Positions 9,309 through 19,001 of a stretch of 46,874 nucleotides of DNA are shown here, one piece after another; position 1 is the stretch's first letter, and each line of letters starts with the position of its first letter. Source of the DNA: a phage. The stretch is taken from the sequence record PZ445467.1. The stretch is one strand, 5' to 3'. Position numbers and translations under genes: made by a program. Below the pieces are notes generated by a model that worked only from the letters and a program-made list of their open reading frames with translations, searched no databases and was not told where the DNA came from.

Positions 9309-9412
9309 ATTTACTACTCCTTTTTCGAAATTTATTATTGACGAATCTACGTCACTTAGTCAATACTGTTGGTGTAGAATGATTCTACCACAACGAAAGA
9401 GGTGATGTGGAA
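9309..9412. promoter_or_regulatory. divergent promoter region with ATCTAC motif copies and a 15-bp palindrome
   Basis: TTGACG 9338-9343; motif 9343-9355; palindrome GTAGAATGATTCTAC 9374-9388. Confidence 0.5.
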
Positions 9413-9610
9413 ATGCGATACAAAGAAATAGCAGCGAGCTATCAGAAGGAAGTTCGCGAGGTTATGGAAATCCTTAACGTTCGAGAGGATACCATTAAGT
9501 ATGTGGAAACTGCCATGTGTTCACTTGCTCTTGAAGCGGAGGTTGCAGGTCGTGAAAAGGCTGACGAACTTATATCTGCGTTGGTTTATAGTTCAACCAG
9601 TAACGGTTGA
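9413..9610 (+). CDS. hypothetical protein (65 aa)
   Basis: ATG 8 nt after AGAGGTGA. Confidence 0.5.
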   Translation: MRYKEIAASYQKEVREVMEILNVREDTIKYVETAMCSLALEAEVAGREKADELISALVYSSTSNG

Positions 9611-9670
9611 ATATGAAGGTTATCTGTGCGTTGAGCACGTTGTTATCAAGTTCTACGGGAGAAGTTATAA

Positions 9671-9865
9671 ATGGCGCATGACGAACTGTACGAAGAATCG
9701 TTAATCCAGCGACTGAATGAAGTTGAGCGCACACGCGAATGGCTGGAGTGCGAATTGCGAGAGGTGCGCAATCGACTGCAACGCAAACGCAGTCAACAGA
9801 AAGATGTTATCGACTGGTCTGGCAATGCACCTAAATTTAACAACATTGGAGAATGGTTGAAATGA
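9671..9865 (+). CDS. hypothetical protein (64 aa)
   Basis: ATG with GGGAGAAG upstream. Confidence 0.45.
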   Translation: MAHDELYEESLIQRLNEVERTREWLECELREVRNRLQRKRSQQKDVIDWSGNAPKFNNIGEWLK

Positions 9866-10083
9866 GAAAGTTCAGTACGTTAGTTGATTTAATTTTTGCT
9901 GACATAAGTGAGGATAACGCCAGAAGCGAGAAGTCAAAAAATCAGCGTCAGGATATTACGTTTCGCACACTGCTTAAGCAATCAATGCGCAATAAGAAGG
10001 AGTGGAGATACAGGCGCGACAGAGTTCTGATAAGACTGTGCAAATTGAATATGAATAAGATACTTAAGGATATGACCAAATGA
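9862..10083 (+). CDS. hypothetical protein (73 aa)
   Basis: ATG 9862 after GGAGAA, ATGA overlap with previous stop; track ORF starts at 9853. Confidence 0.45.
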   Translation: MRKFSTLVDLIFADISEDNARSEKSKNQRQDITFRTLLKQSMRNKKEWRYRRDRVLIRLCKLNMNKILKDMTK

Positions 10084-10328
10084 CAGCACCACATATGCCA
10101 ATGATGAATGATAGCGGGTTGCTGTGCTGCCCATTCTGTGGCGGGAATGAAGTTTACTTGAATATTGATTTAGTGCTTGTATCTGTCGAATGCGGAGATT
10201 GCTGTGCAAGTTCAGGTGAATGGGGTTCACCGGAAACCGCTGTCAGGCACTGGAACACCCGCAACGGACACCTATACACCGCAGACGACTTCAATCAGGC
10301 AGCAGAGGAGCGTGATTATGGACTATAA
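10080..10328 (+). CDS. Lar-family restriction alleviation protein-like Zn-ribbon protein
   Basis: 82 aa with CPFCGG...ECGDCC zinc-ribbon pattern and HWNTR segment typical of Lar-like proteins. Confidence 0.5.
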   Translation: MTAPHMPMMNDSGLLCCPFCGGNEVYLNIDLVLVSVECGDCCASSGEWGSPETAVRHWNTRNGHLYTADDFNQAAEERDYGL

Positions 10329-10806
10329 ATCACAAATCATGCGCGTGATTATGAATCACCCCGGTTCAACGCGCGCATATATTGAGAAGCATTGCGGAGG
10401 AAAGCATTCAAGCACCACAACGCATCGTTTGCATGAGATGCTTGCGCTTGGATTCATTCGCCGCGAGAAGTCCGTGATTCGCGGTGGGAAGTGGCAGTAT
10501 AAATATTTCATCTCTGATGATGCAGCTGGTATTGATGATGCTATTAAGTGCCATTTGCTTGATAACGCTGGCGCAGAGGTGAAAGAAATCAGCGTAGCCA
10601 CTGGCATTGATTACCGAATCGTGAAAAGCCGCATCCGCATTATGTTTCATAACGGTGATGTAACGCGAAGATATGACCACCACAAGAAGCTGTGGCGTTA
10701 TTCTTGGCATGAGAAGGAAGTTAACGTCAGCAACCTGTTTAATTCACTTCTTCGCAATGTAAGAGGTCGTCATGGGGAAAGCCAAACGCAAGAAGCAAGA
10801 GTATGA
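10318..10806 (+). CDS. putative DNA-binding protein with two winged-helix-like repeats (162 aa)
   Basis: ATG 7 nt after GAGGAG; two related segments (IMRVIMNHPGSTRAYI / KCHLLDNAGAEVKEISVATGIDYRIV). Confidence 0.4.
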   Translation: MDYKSQIMRVIMNHPGSTRAYIEKHCGGKHSSTTTHRLHEMLALGFIRREKSVIRGGKWQYKYFISDDAAGIDDAIKCHLLDNAGAEVKEISVATGIDYRIVKSRIRIMFHNGDVTRRYDHHKKLWRYSWHEKEVNVSNLFNSLLRNVRGRHGESQTQEARV

Positions 10807-10948
10807 GCCATTACCGCCATGCGAAATGTCAGGAATGCCGCAGCAGGAGGATGTGATTCTCACCGAGGCTGAGTGGCGCAAGGTGGCAAGAGTGCAAATC
10901 ATGTTCCGCAAACTTGCTGAGGACGTACTAAATGAGATGGGCTATTAA
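10772..10948 (+). CDS. hypothetical small protein (58 aa), overlaps both neighbours
   Basis: ATG after AAGAGG; below ORF-track cutoff. Confidence 0.3.
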   Translation: MGKAKRKKQEYEPLPPCEMSGMPQQEDVILTEAEWRKVARVQIMFRKLAEDVLNEMGY

Positions 10949-11279
10949 GCATAAATCTGGCAGAACTCTGTTTATTACATCGGATGAGTTTATTGCCAAT
11001 AACCGTAGAAAGATGGGCTGGATAGTGGAGGAAGTGAAGATGACGAGTAGAGAGCAGTTTGAGGAGTGGGCCAAGGAGAACGGAATGAGTCTTGTTTATG
11101 GTGACTGTGATTATGTGTATTCGCCAACCGTATGGGCGTGGAAAGCATGGCGAGCATCGCGCTCAGCAATTGAGATTGAATTGCCAGCGGTAGAGATTGG
11201 TTATGAAATGATGGAATACTACGAGCCTCAACAGGTTATTGAGGCAATCAAACAAGCAGGCTTAAAGGTGAAAAAATGA
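10932..11279 (+). CDS. hypothetical protein (115 aa; alternative start ATG 11040 after GAGGAAG)
   Basis: track ORF; GAGGAC upstream of 10932. Confidence 0.45.
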   Translation: MRWAIKHKSGRTLFITSDEFIANNRRKMGWIVEEVKMTSREQFEEWAKENGMSLVYGDCDYVYSPTVWAWKAWRASRSAIEIELPAVEIGYEMMEYYEPQQVIEAIKQAGLKVKK

Positions 11280-11602
11280 TTATCCCATTAAACGACATTA
11301 TGAAAGCAGACATCATTCAGCTTGAAGATTATGACATGCAACTGGCGTTTGAAATAGAAACTGTTGAGCGTCAACTGCAATATGCTGATAAGAAGAATGA
11401 TCGCATCTGGCATGAGAAAGCGCTTAAAGCACGGGACCACATGAAGCGCACGCGCGCACTTATTAAAACTCGTCTGGATAAGCTGTATTTTGGCGAGGAA
11501 AGATATTTGCATGGCGCAATTCTTGCGCAAATCCGTAAGGAAATGCCAATTGGCAAGTTTATGTCATACGTTCACCGCGCAAAGCAGGAGGCCGGGTTAT
11601 GA
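11276..11602 (+). CDS. hypothetical protein (108 aa)
   Basis: ATG after AAGGTGA; ATGA overlap. Confidence 0.5.
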   Translation: MIIPLNDIMKADIIQLEDYDMQLAFEIETVERQLQYADKKNDRIWHEKALKARDHMKRTRALIKTRLDKLYFGEERYLHGAILAQIRKEMPIGKFMSYVHRAKQEAGL

Positions 11603-11787
11603 GCGAACCAAAATTTCCAGAGCTGCCTGTTGAGGTTCAGGTTGCATTGATCAATGCGGCAAGTGCAATGGCGACAAAGAAGATTGAGGCAATAGGCAGT
11701 GATTACAACAGGAGCATAGACTGGTTTCAGAGGGAGTATCAAAAAATCTGCGACGCACTCTACAAAGAAAACAGGGGTAGATCATGA
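11599..11787 (+). CDS. hypothetical protein (62 aa)
   Basis: ATG start, coupled to neighbours. Confidence 0.45.
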   Translation: MSEPKFPELPVEVQVALINAASAMATKKIEAIGSDYNRSIDWFQREYQKICDALYKENRGRS

Positions 11788-11930
11788 TTCCATTACTGTG
11801 GATATTATCAGCATACGCATTCGCAAGGGTATTTGAGGCTGACACTCTGTACCAGATGATTTGCTATGGCGCTCTGTTCTGCCTATCTGGTGCTGCACTT
11901 GCATTTATGGATGATGTGATTTCAGACTAA
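11784..11930 (+). CDS. small hydrophobic membrane peptide (48 aa)
   Basis: ATGA overlap with previous stop; MIPLLWILSAYAFARVF...GALFCLSGAALAF hydrophobic segments. Confidence 0.4.
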   Translation: MIPLLWILSAYAFARVFEADTLYQMICYGALFCLSGAALAFMDDVISD

Positions 11931-11950
11931 CTCCGTATATCTTTTGTTCA

Positions 11951-11989
11951 TCATGGGCTGCTATCATTTAATCAGGAGGTAGCCCATGA
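11951..11989 (+). promoter_or_regulatory. 9-bp perfect stem-loop enclosing the SD and pairing with the start codon of the downstream peptide ORF
   Basis: TCATGGGCT (11951-11959) pairs with AGCCCATGA (11981-11989); loop carries AGGAGG. Confidence 0.5.
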
Positions 11990-12108
11990 ATATAATCCCT
12001 ATCACTTACTTTCTCACGCTGTACGCACTCACCAATTCGCCATTGTTTGCACTGGCTACCGCCTCATGGTGCTACATCTCCCTGTGTTATAATTCGACCA
12101 CAAACTAA
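11986..12108 (+). CDS. small hydrophobic peptide (40 aa)
   Basis: ATG 6 nt after AGGAGG; MNIIPITYFLTLYALTNSPLFALATASWCYISLCYNSTTN. Confidence 0.4.
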   Translation: MNIIPITYFLTLYALTNSPLFALATASWCYISLCYNSTTN

Positions 12109-12124
12109 CCGTGGAGAGTTAACC

Positions 12125-14004
<1,880 letters not shown>

Positions 14005-14006
14005 TA

Positions 14007-15077
14007 ATGGAAAAGATTATTTTTACCAAAGACCTGGTAGCCAACTCCGCAGTGGTGGCTGACCAGTGGAAACATCTGACCATCGACCGCAAGGTGTTCT
14101 GCAATGCAGAAGCTGAACTGGCGAAAACATACGGTGTTAACGCCACCGCACTGGTAACGAAAGATTACTGGCGCGACGTGGATAACGTCACCACCCGCGT
14201 TTTCCGCAACGAAGCTGGTCAGGACATGATGGCTGACCTGATGGGCATCGCGGCAAACATCAACATCGGAAAGACTGTGGCAATCAGCCGCATTGCTTCC
14301 GATGCTGGCAAGGTAGTCCGCACTCTGTCTGGTCAGGAGCCGGAAGATTTGGATAAAACTCGCTACGATTACACTGGCGATGTGATCCCAATCTTCAAAA
14401 CTGGCTACAGCCGAGAATGGCGCGAGCTGCTGGGTATGCAGTCTGAAGGCTTCGACCCACTGCTGGACGATCAGGCCAACGTCACCTTTAACCTGCGTTC
14501 CGACATGGCGCAGTATCTGCTGACCGGCGACCAGACTCTGAACGTGAACGGCGTTTACACTGGCTATGGTATCACCAACCACCCGAACACTGTTCAGGTT
14601 AACCTGAATGCTTCCGGCGGCCTTAATATCGACCTGCAAACTGCAACGCCAGACGAAATCGTGACCTTCTTCAATCAGGATTTCCAGGCTATTCTGGATG
14701 CGCAGAACGTATTTGAGCAGGTGACTCTGTGGGTTTCTCCGGCAGTGCGTCGTAGCTTCATGCGTCCGTATTCTGATGCGGCAGGCTTCAAAGGCGGCAC
14801 TGTTGAGCAGTACATCACGCAGTTTGGCAATGGTCGCATCGGTAAGATTGGCACCAACTTCCTGCTGACTGGTAACCATTTCGTTGGCTACGTTCGCAAC
14901 GACATGTACATCCGTCCGCGTGTTGCTCAGCCAGTTTCCACCTACGCGGCAGCTCGTGCCAACCCGCACGATAACTTTAACTTCCTCGTGTGGTCTGCTT
15001 TTGGTTTGCAGATTCGCAAGGACGCCACTGGCAAGTCCAGAGTGTTCAACGGCTACGGTACGCAAACTCCGGTGTAA
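14007..15077 (+). CDS. major capsid protein
   Basis: 356 aa; GGAG SD; position after scaffold/decoration genes; terminator follows. Confidence 0.7.
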   Translation: MEKIIFTKDLVANSAVVADQWKHLTIDRKVFCNAEAELAKTYGVNATALVTKDYWRDVDNVTTRVFRNEAGQDMMADLMGIAANINIGKTVAISRIASDAGKVVRTLSGQEPEDLDKTRYDYTGDVIPIFKTGYSREWRELLGMQSEGFDPLLDDQANVTFNLRSDMAQYLLTGDQTLNVNGVYTGYGITNHPNTVQVNLNASGGLNIDLQTATPDEIVTFFNQDFQAILDAQNVFEQVTLWVSPAVRRSFMRPYSDAAGFKGGTVEQYITQFGNGRIGKIGTNFLLTGNHFVGYVRNDMYIRPRVAQPVSTYAAARANPHDNFNFLVWSAFGLQIRKDATGKSRVFNGYGTQTPV

Positions 15078-15080
15078 TAA

Positions 15081-15104
15081 AAAAAGGGGCGAAAGCCCCT
15101 TTAT
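15081..15104 (+). terminator. rho-independent terminator after capsid gene
   Basis: stem AGGGGC/GCCCCT with GAAA loop, then TTAT. Confidence 0.55.
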
Positions 15105-15120
15105 GAATTTGAGGTGAATA

Positions 15121-15318
15121 ATGGCTAAATACGAAGTGATCGCTCGCGGAATCTTTGTTAAAGAGAAGGGCAAGATTCGTGAATTGCAGCTTGGCGAGGT
15201 GATTACCGAGCCAGACGAGCATCTGCTACCAAAACTGCGCGTTATGCCAGAACTGGAAAAGACTTTCGAAGTCGCAACCCCGCAACAAAAGACGACAAAG
15301 AAAAAGAAAGCAGAGTAA
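15121..15318 (+). CDS. hypothetical protein (65 aa)
   Basis: ATG after GAGGTGA; Lys-rich C-terminus. Confidence 0.5.
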   Translation: MAKYEVIARGIFVKEKGKIRELQLGEVITEPDEHLLPKLRVMPELEKTFEVATPQQKTTKKKKAE

Positions 15319-15320
15319 AC

Positions 15321-15348
15321 AAAACCCGCATCATGCGGGTTTTTTATT
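15321..15348. terminator. bidirectional rho-independent terminator
   Basis: stem ACCCGCA/TGCGGGT flanked by A-run upstream and TTTTTATT downstream, between convergent genes. Confidence 0.65.
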
Positions 15349-15349
15349 G

Positions 15350-15886
15350 CTACAGACGCATCGGCATAACAACAATCTTAGCAGTCTCGCCAGATGGCGC
15401 ATTAAGACAGCAAACTGCGGCATTTGTGTTTCCATTAAGTTCAAATTTGATACAACTGAATTTAGGATTAAACAGCTTCGCCACTTTCTCAACGTCAACC
15501 AGATATCCAGCATTGAAGCCAATTTCCTCTGCTGGCAAGGTCTGCTTCGGAATGACGCGATCAATATCAGGGAATCGCCCGTCAATCTCTTCACAGATAC
15601 CAGCACCAACCATAACGCCAGCTTCATCATGATACGTTGCAATTTTCGACTTTGTATCAATGATGGCGTAGTCATAGCGTTTTGTTGGTGACTTGCCAAT
15701 CTTGATAATCACATTTTCTGTAAGATTATTATCATGGTTTCCACCAATAAATGCGCGATGACCGTCAGTTGATGCAATACGACCATCAGGCATAAAGCAA
15801 ATGCCATTCAGGTAATATCGCACATCGTTGCGCGCCTGAAATATTAATGCTGATTCAAGTAATAGTTTGCCGATTTTTAGTTTCAT
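15350..15886 (-). CDS. truncated DNA polymerase III beta sliding clamp (DnaN) homolog, 178 aa
   Basis: blocks DVRYYLNG, TDGHR, DGRFPD..RV.PK, EIGFN..Y..DV and C-terminal VVMPMRL match E. coli DnaN domain II and the end of domain III; domain I absent. Confidence 0.7.
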   Translation of the reverse strand: MKLKIGKLLLESALIFQARNDVRYYLNGICFMPDGRIASTDGHRAFIGGNHDNNLTENVIIKIGKSPTKRYDYAIIDTKSKIATYHDEAGVMVGAGICEEIDGRFPDIDRVIPKQTLPAEEIGFNAGYLVDVEKVAKLFNPKFSCIKFELNGNTNAAVCCLNAPSGETAKIVVMPMRL

Positions 15887-16059
15887 CACTTCACCTTAAT
15901 CATATGCTGTTTTGCAACCTTCAGGCACTCCTCAAAAATGCCACCCTTCTTTGCGCTCTGATTGCGCTTGTAATACTGAACTGCCGCATCAATTGCCATC
16001 TGGTCGATTTCAGGCAGTTTGGTACGTAGTTGTTTTTCAATGAATTGTTCTGGTGTCAT
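15886..16059 (-). CDS. hypothetical protein (57 aa)
   Basis: ATG with TAATG overlap to MTase stop; stop overlaps DnaN-like start. Confidence 0.4.
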   Translation of the reverse strand: MTPEQFIEKQLRTKLPEIDQMAIDAAVQYYKRNQSAKKGGIFEECLKVAKQHMIKVK

Positions 16060-16856
16060 TAAACGGACCTCATGAATGCTTTAATGAATTCTGCTGCGAC
16101 TTGTGGAACTATGGCATTGCCATAACCGCGCAATCGTCCCACTCTTGCGGATACCCCATGAGTTGCCTCGCAAAATCCGCCTGGTATGACTCTAGTTTCC
16201 TTATCTGCTCCATGGTTGGGTTTCCATGAATCCCATAAACATGAAGCCACATCTGGCGATAAAGAGTATCGTTCCTGAATTTTCCGTCCTTTCTGTAAAA
16301 TGTCTTGCTGAGATCCCCGTAATCCTTCCATCCTCGCGCCGTTGGTGTCGCCCATCCTCGCGCCAAAGATGATTCTTTTCCTTTCCTGTGGAGAGCCGAC
16401 GCTGCAAGCTGGCAATACTGACGCCCCGCAGGCGTAGCCTTTGTCTTCCAGGTTAAGGAATACAAAATCGAGCCAGTGCTTCCCAATTGCTGCTGCAACC
16501 TGCTCTCCAAACAGCAATTCAGGCTTGCACTCTCTGATGAGCCTGAGAAATGCTGGGGCAAGGTGTCGATCGTCGTCAAATCCGAGAGACTTACCGGCAA
16601 CGCTAAACGGCTGGCAAGGTGGTGATCCTGTCCAGAGTCGAGTGCTTTCTGGTATTCCTGCCAGCTGGAGTGCAAGGGGCCACCCTCCGATTCCGGCAAA
16701 GAAGTGACACTGTGTAAATCCTTCCAGGTCTGAAGGGGTGACTTCGGTGATTGATCGTTCATCGACATATCCGTAAGGAATTAGTTTATTGTTAATTAAT
16801 TCACGCAGCCATGCCGCTGCGCCCTTGTCCCACTCATTGTAATAGTGGACCATCAT
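16059..16856 (-). CDS. DNA (cytosine-5)-methyltransferase, orphan; TRD/motif IX appear to lie in the +1 frame
   Basis: frame A has FAGIGG (I), PPCQPFSVAG (IV), GEQV (VI), QERKR (VIII), GNAIVPQVAAEF (X); overlapping ORF 16109..16768 carries IRKL...ARQLMGYP (motif IX-like). Confidence 0.7.
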   Translation of the reverse strand: MMVHYYNEWDKGAAAWLRELINNKLIPYGYVDERSITEVTPSDLEGFTQCHFFAGIGGWPLALQLAGIPESTRLWTGSPPCQPFSVAGKSLGFDDDRHLAPAFLRLIRECKPELLFGEQVAAAIGKHWLDFVFLNLEDKGYACGASVLPACSVGSPQERKRIIFGARMGDTNGARMEGLRGSQQDILQKGRKIQERYSLSPDVASCLWDSWKPNHGADKETRVIPGGFCEATHGVSARVGRLRGYGNAIVPQVAAEFIKAFMRSV

Positions 16857-17665
16857 CACATCTTCTCCAGAATTGCCATCACCTCGTGAATATCAGCAAC
16901 AGGAATCTGGATAAACTCCTCATTCTCTGCCACTACATGACCAGCAGGAAGAATAACGTGGTCAGCTGGCTTCAGTAACTCAATCAGTCGGTCTACTGGC
17001 TTAATCTTTTTCGACTTAAGCACCTTCGCCGTTACCTTATCCTTGCCTTGCGCCTTCGCTTCTTCGACTGCCTCGTCGATAACTTTAACCGCATCATCGC
17101 CATGTTCGCGAGTTACTGCTACGGCATTTGCATAGCTGATTTGCCCTGCACTGATTCGCGCTTTTACTTCGGCTGGCACATCACCCAGTGACAGGTGCAT
17201 CTGCACGTCAGAAACTGAGCGCCCTACCTTCTTGGCGATTTCCTCGTTGGTCCAGCCAAAACCCTTCAGTCGCGTGTAAGCCTTTGCGCGTTCAAACGGG
17301 TCAAGCTGCTTACCCTGACTGGACGACACCATGAAGGCGATTTTATCTGCTTCGCCTCCTGTGAAATCCTTGCACTCAATACGAACAATTGGTGCGCCAC
17401 GCTCAATGGCACGCAACGCTCCGAGATAGCGATGCTGACCATCAAGAATGCGGATTCCCTTCTCGTCTGGAATAACTGTTAATGCTGGCAATGGCTGACC
17501 TGACTCCCAGCACTGCGCGAAATACTCCACATGCTGCTCATCTGCTTCGCGGATGTTGTATCCTGGTTCCAGATAGATTTGCTCAACTGGCACGAGATAT
17601 GTCTTGTTTACCGCGATTCCGTTGCGCGTTTCTTTGTCTGAATAGATTTTGCTTAGTGTTTTCAT
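16856..17665 (-). CDS. ParB-like nuclease/partition-domain protein (269 aa)
   Basis: ILDGQHRYLGA ParB-box-like segment followed by a likely HTH region; GAGGAG SD; stop overlaps MTase start. Confidence 0.55.
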   Translation of the reverse strand: MKTLSKIYSDKETRNGIAVNKTYLVPVEQIYLEPGYNIREADEQHVEYFAQCWESGQPLPALTVIPDEKGIRILDGQHRYLGALRAIERGAPIVRIECKDFTGGEADKIAFMVSSSQGKQLDPFERAKAYTRLKGFGWTNEEIAKKVGRSVSDVQMHLSLGDVPAEVKARISAGQISYANAVAVTREHGDDAVKVIDEAVEEAKAQGKDKVTAKVLKSKKIKPVDRLIELLKPADHVILPAGHVVAENEEFIQIPVADIHEVMAILEKM

Positions 17666-17668
17666 TGT

Positions 17669-18292
17669 TTACTCCTCATCACCGGAATTAGCAATATCGT
17701 AAAACTGACCGTATGTTATCTGCTTAAAGTTATCAGGTATCGTTACCTGTCCATGACCTTCACCTTTTGTATTTGGCACGGCAAAAATCAGGCAATCATC
17801 CTTTTGCGGGTGTTTGCCGCCATGAGTAGACAGCATTGCAAAACCAAATCCGCGACCAGATTGCTCTCCGATTCCGGTGCGTGCGATGCCATAATGATTA
17901 ACAATATAGTCTTTCCATTCTGGCAATAACTTTAATTTCTCGTTTGCCTCGCGCATCACCGCGTCCAGATTTTTGTTGTATTCCCGCCCGTCTTTTGTGT
18001 TTCCTTTTCCGCGAGCCACGATTACACGCTGACCATCCAAGAACTCTTCGCGCTTTATTGTCACAGGGCACGGAAATTCAAACTGCTTACTCCACACAAA
18101 GCTCTCAAGTAAGCCACCACCGACTGCTCCCCAGCTACGTGTCGTGGTGAAAGCGATAGCGCCAACCTTTTTCATGGCGTCGCCAAGAACTTCATTGCGG
18201 CGCTTTTGGATGTCATCATATGCGTCAATAACTTTCTTAACATCAGCACCTTCAACCATGTAATAATCATAATGTTTTGCATTGCTGCTCAT
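17669..18292 (-). CDS. hypothetical protein (207 aa), first gene of leftward operon
   Basis: ATG 18292 is 8 nt after GAGGTGA; track ORF extends to 18310. Confidence 0.5.
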   Translation of the reverse strand: MSSNAKHYDYYMVEGADVKKVIDAYDDIQKRRNEVLGDAMKKVGAIAFTTTRSWGAVGGGLLESFVWSKQFEFPCPVTIKREEFLDGQRVIVARGKGNTKDGREYNKNLDAVMREANEKLKLLPEWKDYIVNHYGIARTGIGEQSGRGFGFAMLSTHGGKHPQKDDCLIFAVPNTKGEGHGQVTIPDNFKQITYGQFYDIANSGDEE

Positions 18293-18310
18293 CTTCATCA
18301 CCTCTAGCAT

Positions 18311-18409
18311 TTATTGTTGTTTCTACGTCACTAACTATAAACGCCACATCAATCTACGTCAACAGGAATATGCTAAAATCATGCTAATCAAAAAACAGGA
18401 GATTTGAGC
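18311..18409. promoter_or_regulatory. divergent promoter region with two ATCTAC motif copies
   Basis: motifs at 18319-18331 and 18350-18363; TGCTAAAAT extended -10 at 18371-18379; AGGAG SD before ATG 18410. Confidence 0.5.
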
Positions 18410-18529
18410 ATGGGTTCAACAAACGGTCCTTCTCGTTCGCGCGCTACTGGAAATACCAAAACTGGCGGAAAAACTGGCGCAGTTAAGCCAAACGGTTCCA
18501 CCCGTTCACCATCGCGCGGGAAGAAATAA
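18410..18529 (+). CDS. small basic Ser/Thr/Gly-rich protein (39 aa)
   Basis: ATG 9 nt after AGGAG; TAATG coupling to next gene. Confidence 0.4.
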   Translation: MGSTNGPSRSRATGNTKTGGKTGAVKPNGSTRSPSRGKK

Positions 18530-18969
18530 TGTTCGGCGCAGACATTGCCATCATGATCATGTATGTGCTGGGTTTTGCCTGCACGGGCATGGTTGCGTTT
18601 CTGGTGTTCATTCCGGCAATGGCGATGTCTGTGTATCTTGGATGGGTGCTTGCTGATTCATTTCCCGCCGAATATCTGTATTACCTTGCGCAGTCTATGG
18701 TCTGGCTATTCCCGGCTATTGCACTGCGCAAAAGTACAAAAATGGCGCTCTGCGTGCTGACGATGAGCCTTTACGAATGGCTGGTAGCGATAGAGTCATT
18801 CGTATGGGAATTTATCACGCCTGTAGAAACGCCGCTTCATGCGCAGTACGCATTTATTATTATCGGCATCCATCTGTTCATCCTTTCCATCACTTTTAAA
18901 TGGGGCGGCGAAATTGGACATTATTCTTGGCGTGGTCGCCATTGTTTTTTCGCTGATTCAAGTCTATAA
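18529..18969 (+). CDS. multi-pass membrane protein (146 aa)
   Basis: about four hydrophobic segments; translationally coupled to the upstream small ORF. Confidence 0.5.
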   Translation: MFGADIAIMIMYVLGFACTGMVAFLVFIPAMAMSVYLGWVLADSFPAEYLYYLAQSMVWLFPAIALRKSTKMALCVLTMSLYEWLVAIESFVWEFITPVETPLHAQYAFIIIGIHLFILSITFKWGGEIGHYSWRGRHCFFADSSL

Positions 18970-19001
18970 GTGCTGGAAACATATCATCAGCGAGACACGC
19001 A

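Noticed and set aside
16109-16768. 219-aa ORF as an independent gene inside the methyltransferase gene
   Set aside because: Its N-terminal two thirds is Ser/Leu/Pro/Gln-rich out-of-frame-looking sequence; only the C-terminal part looks real and is better explained as the +1 frame segment of the methyltransferase.
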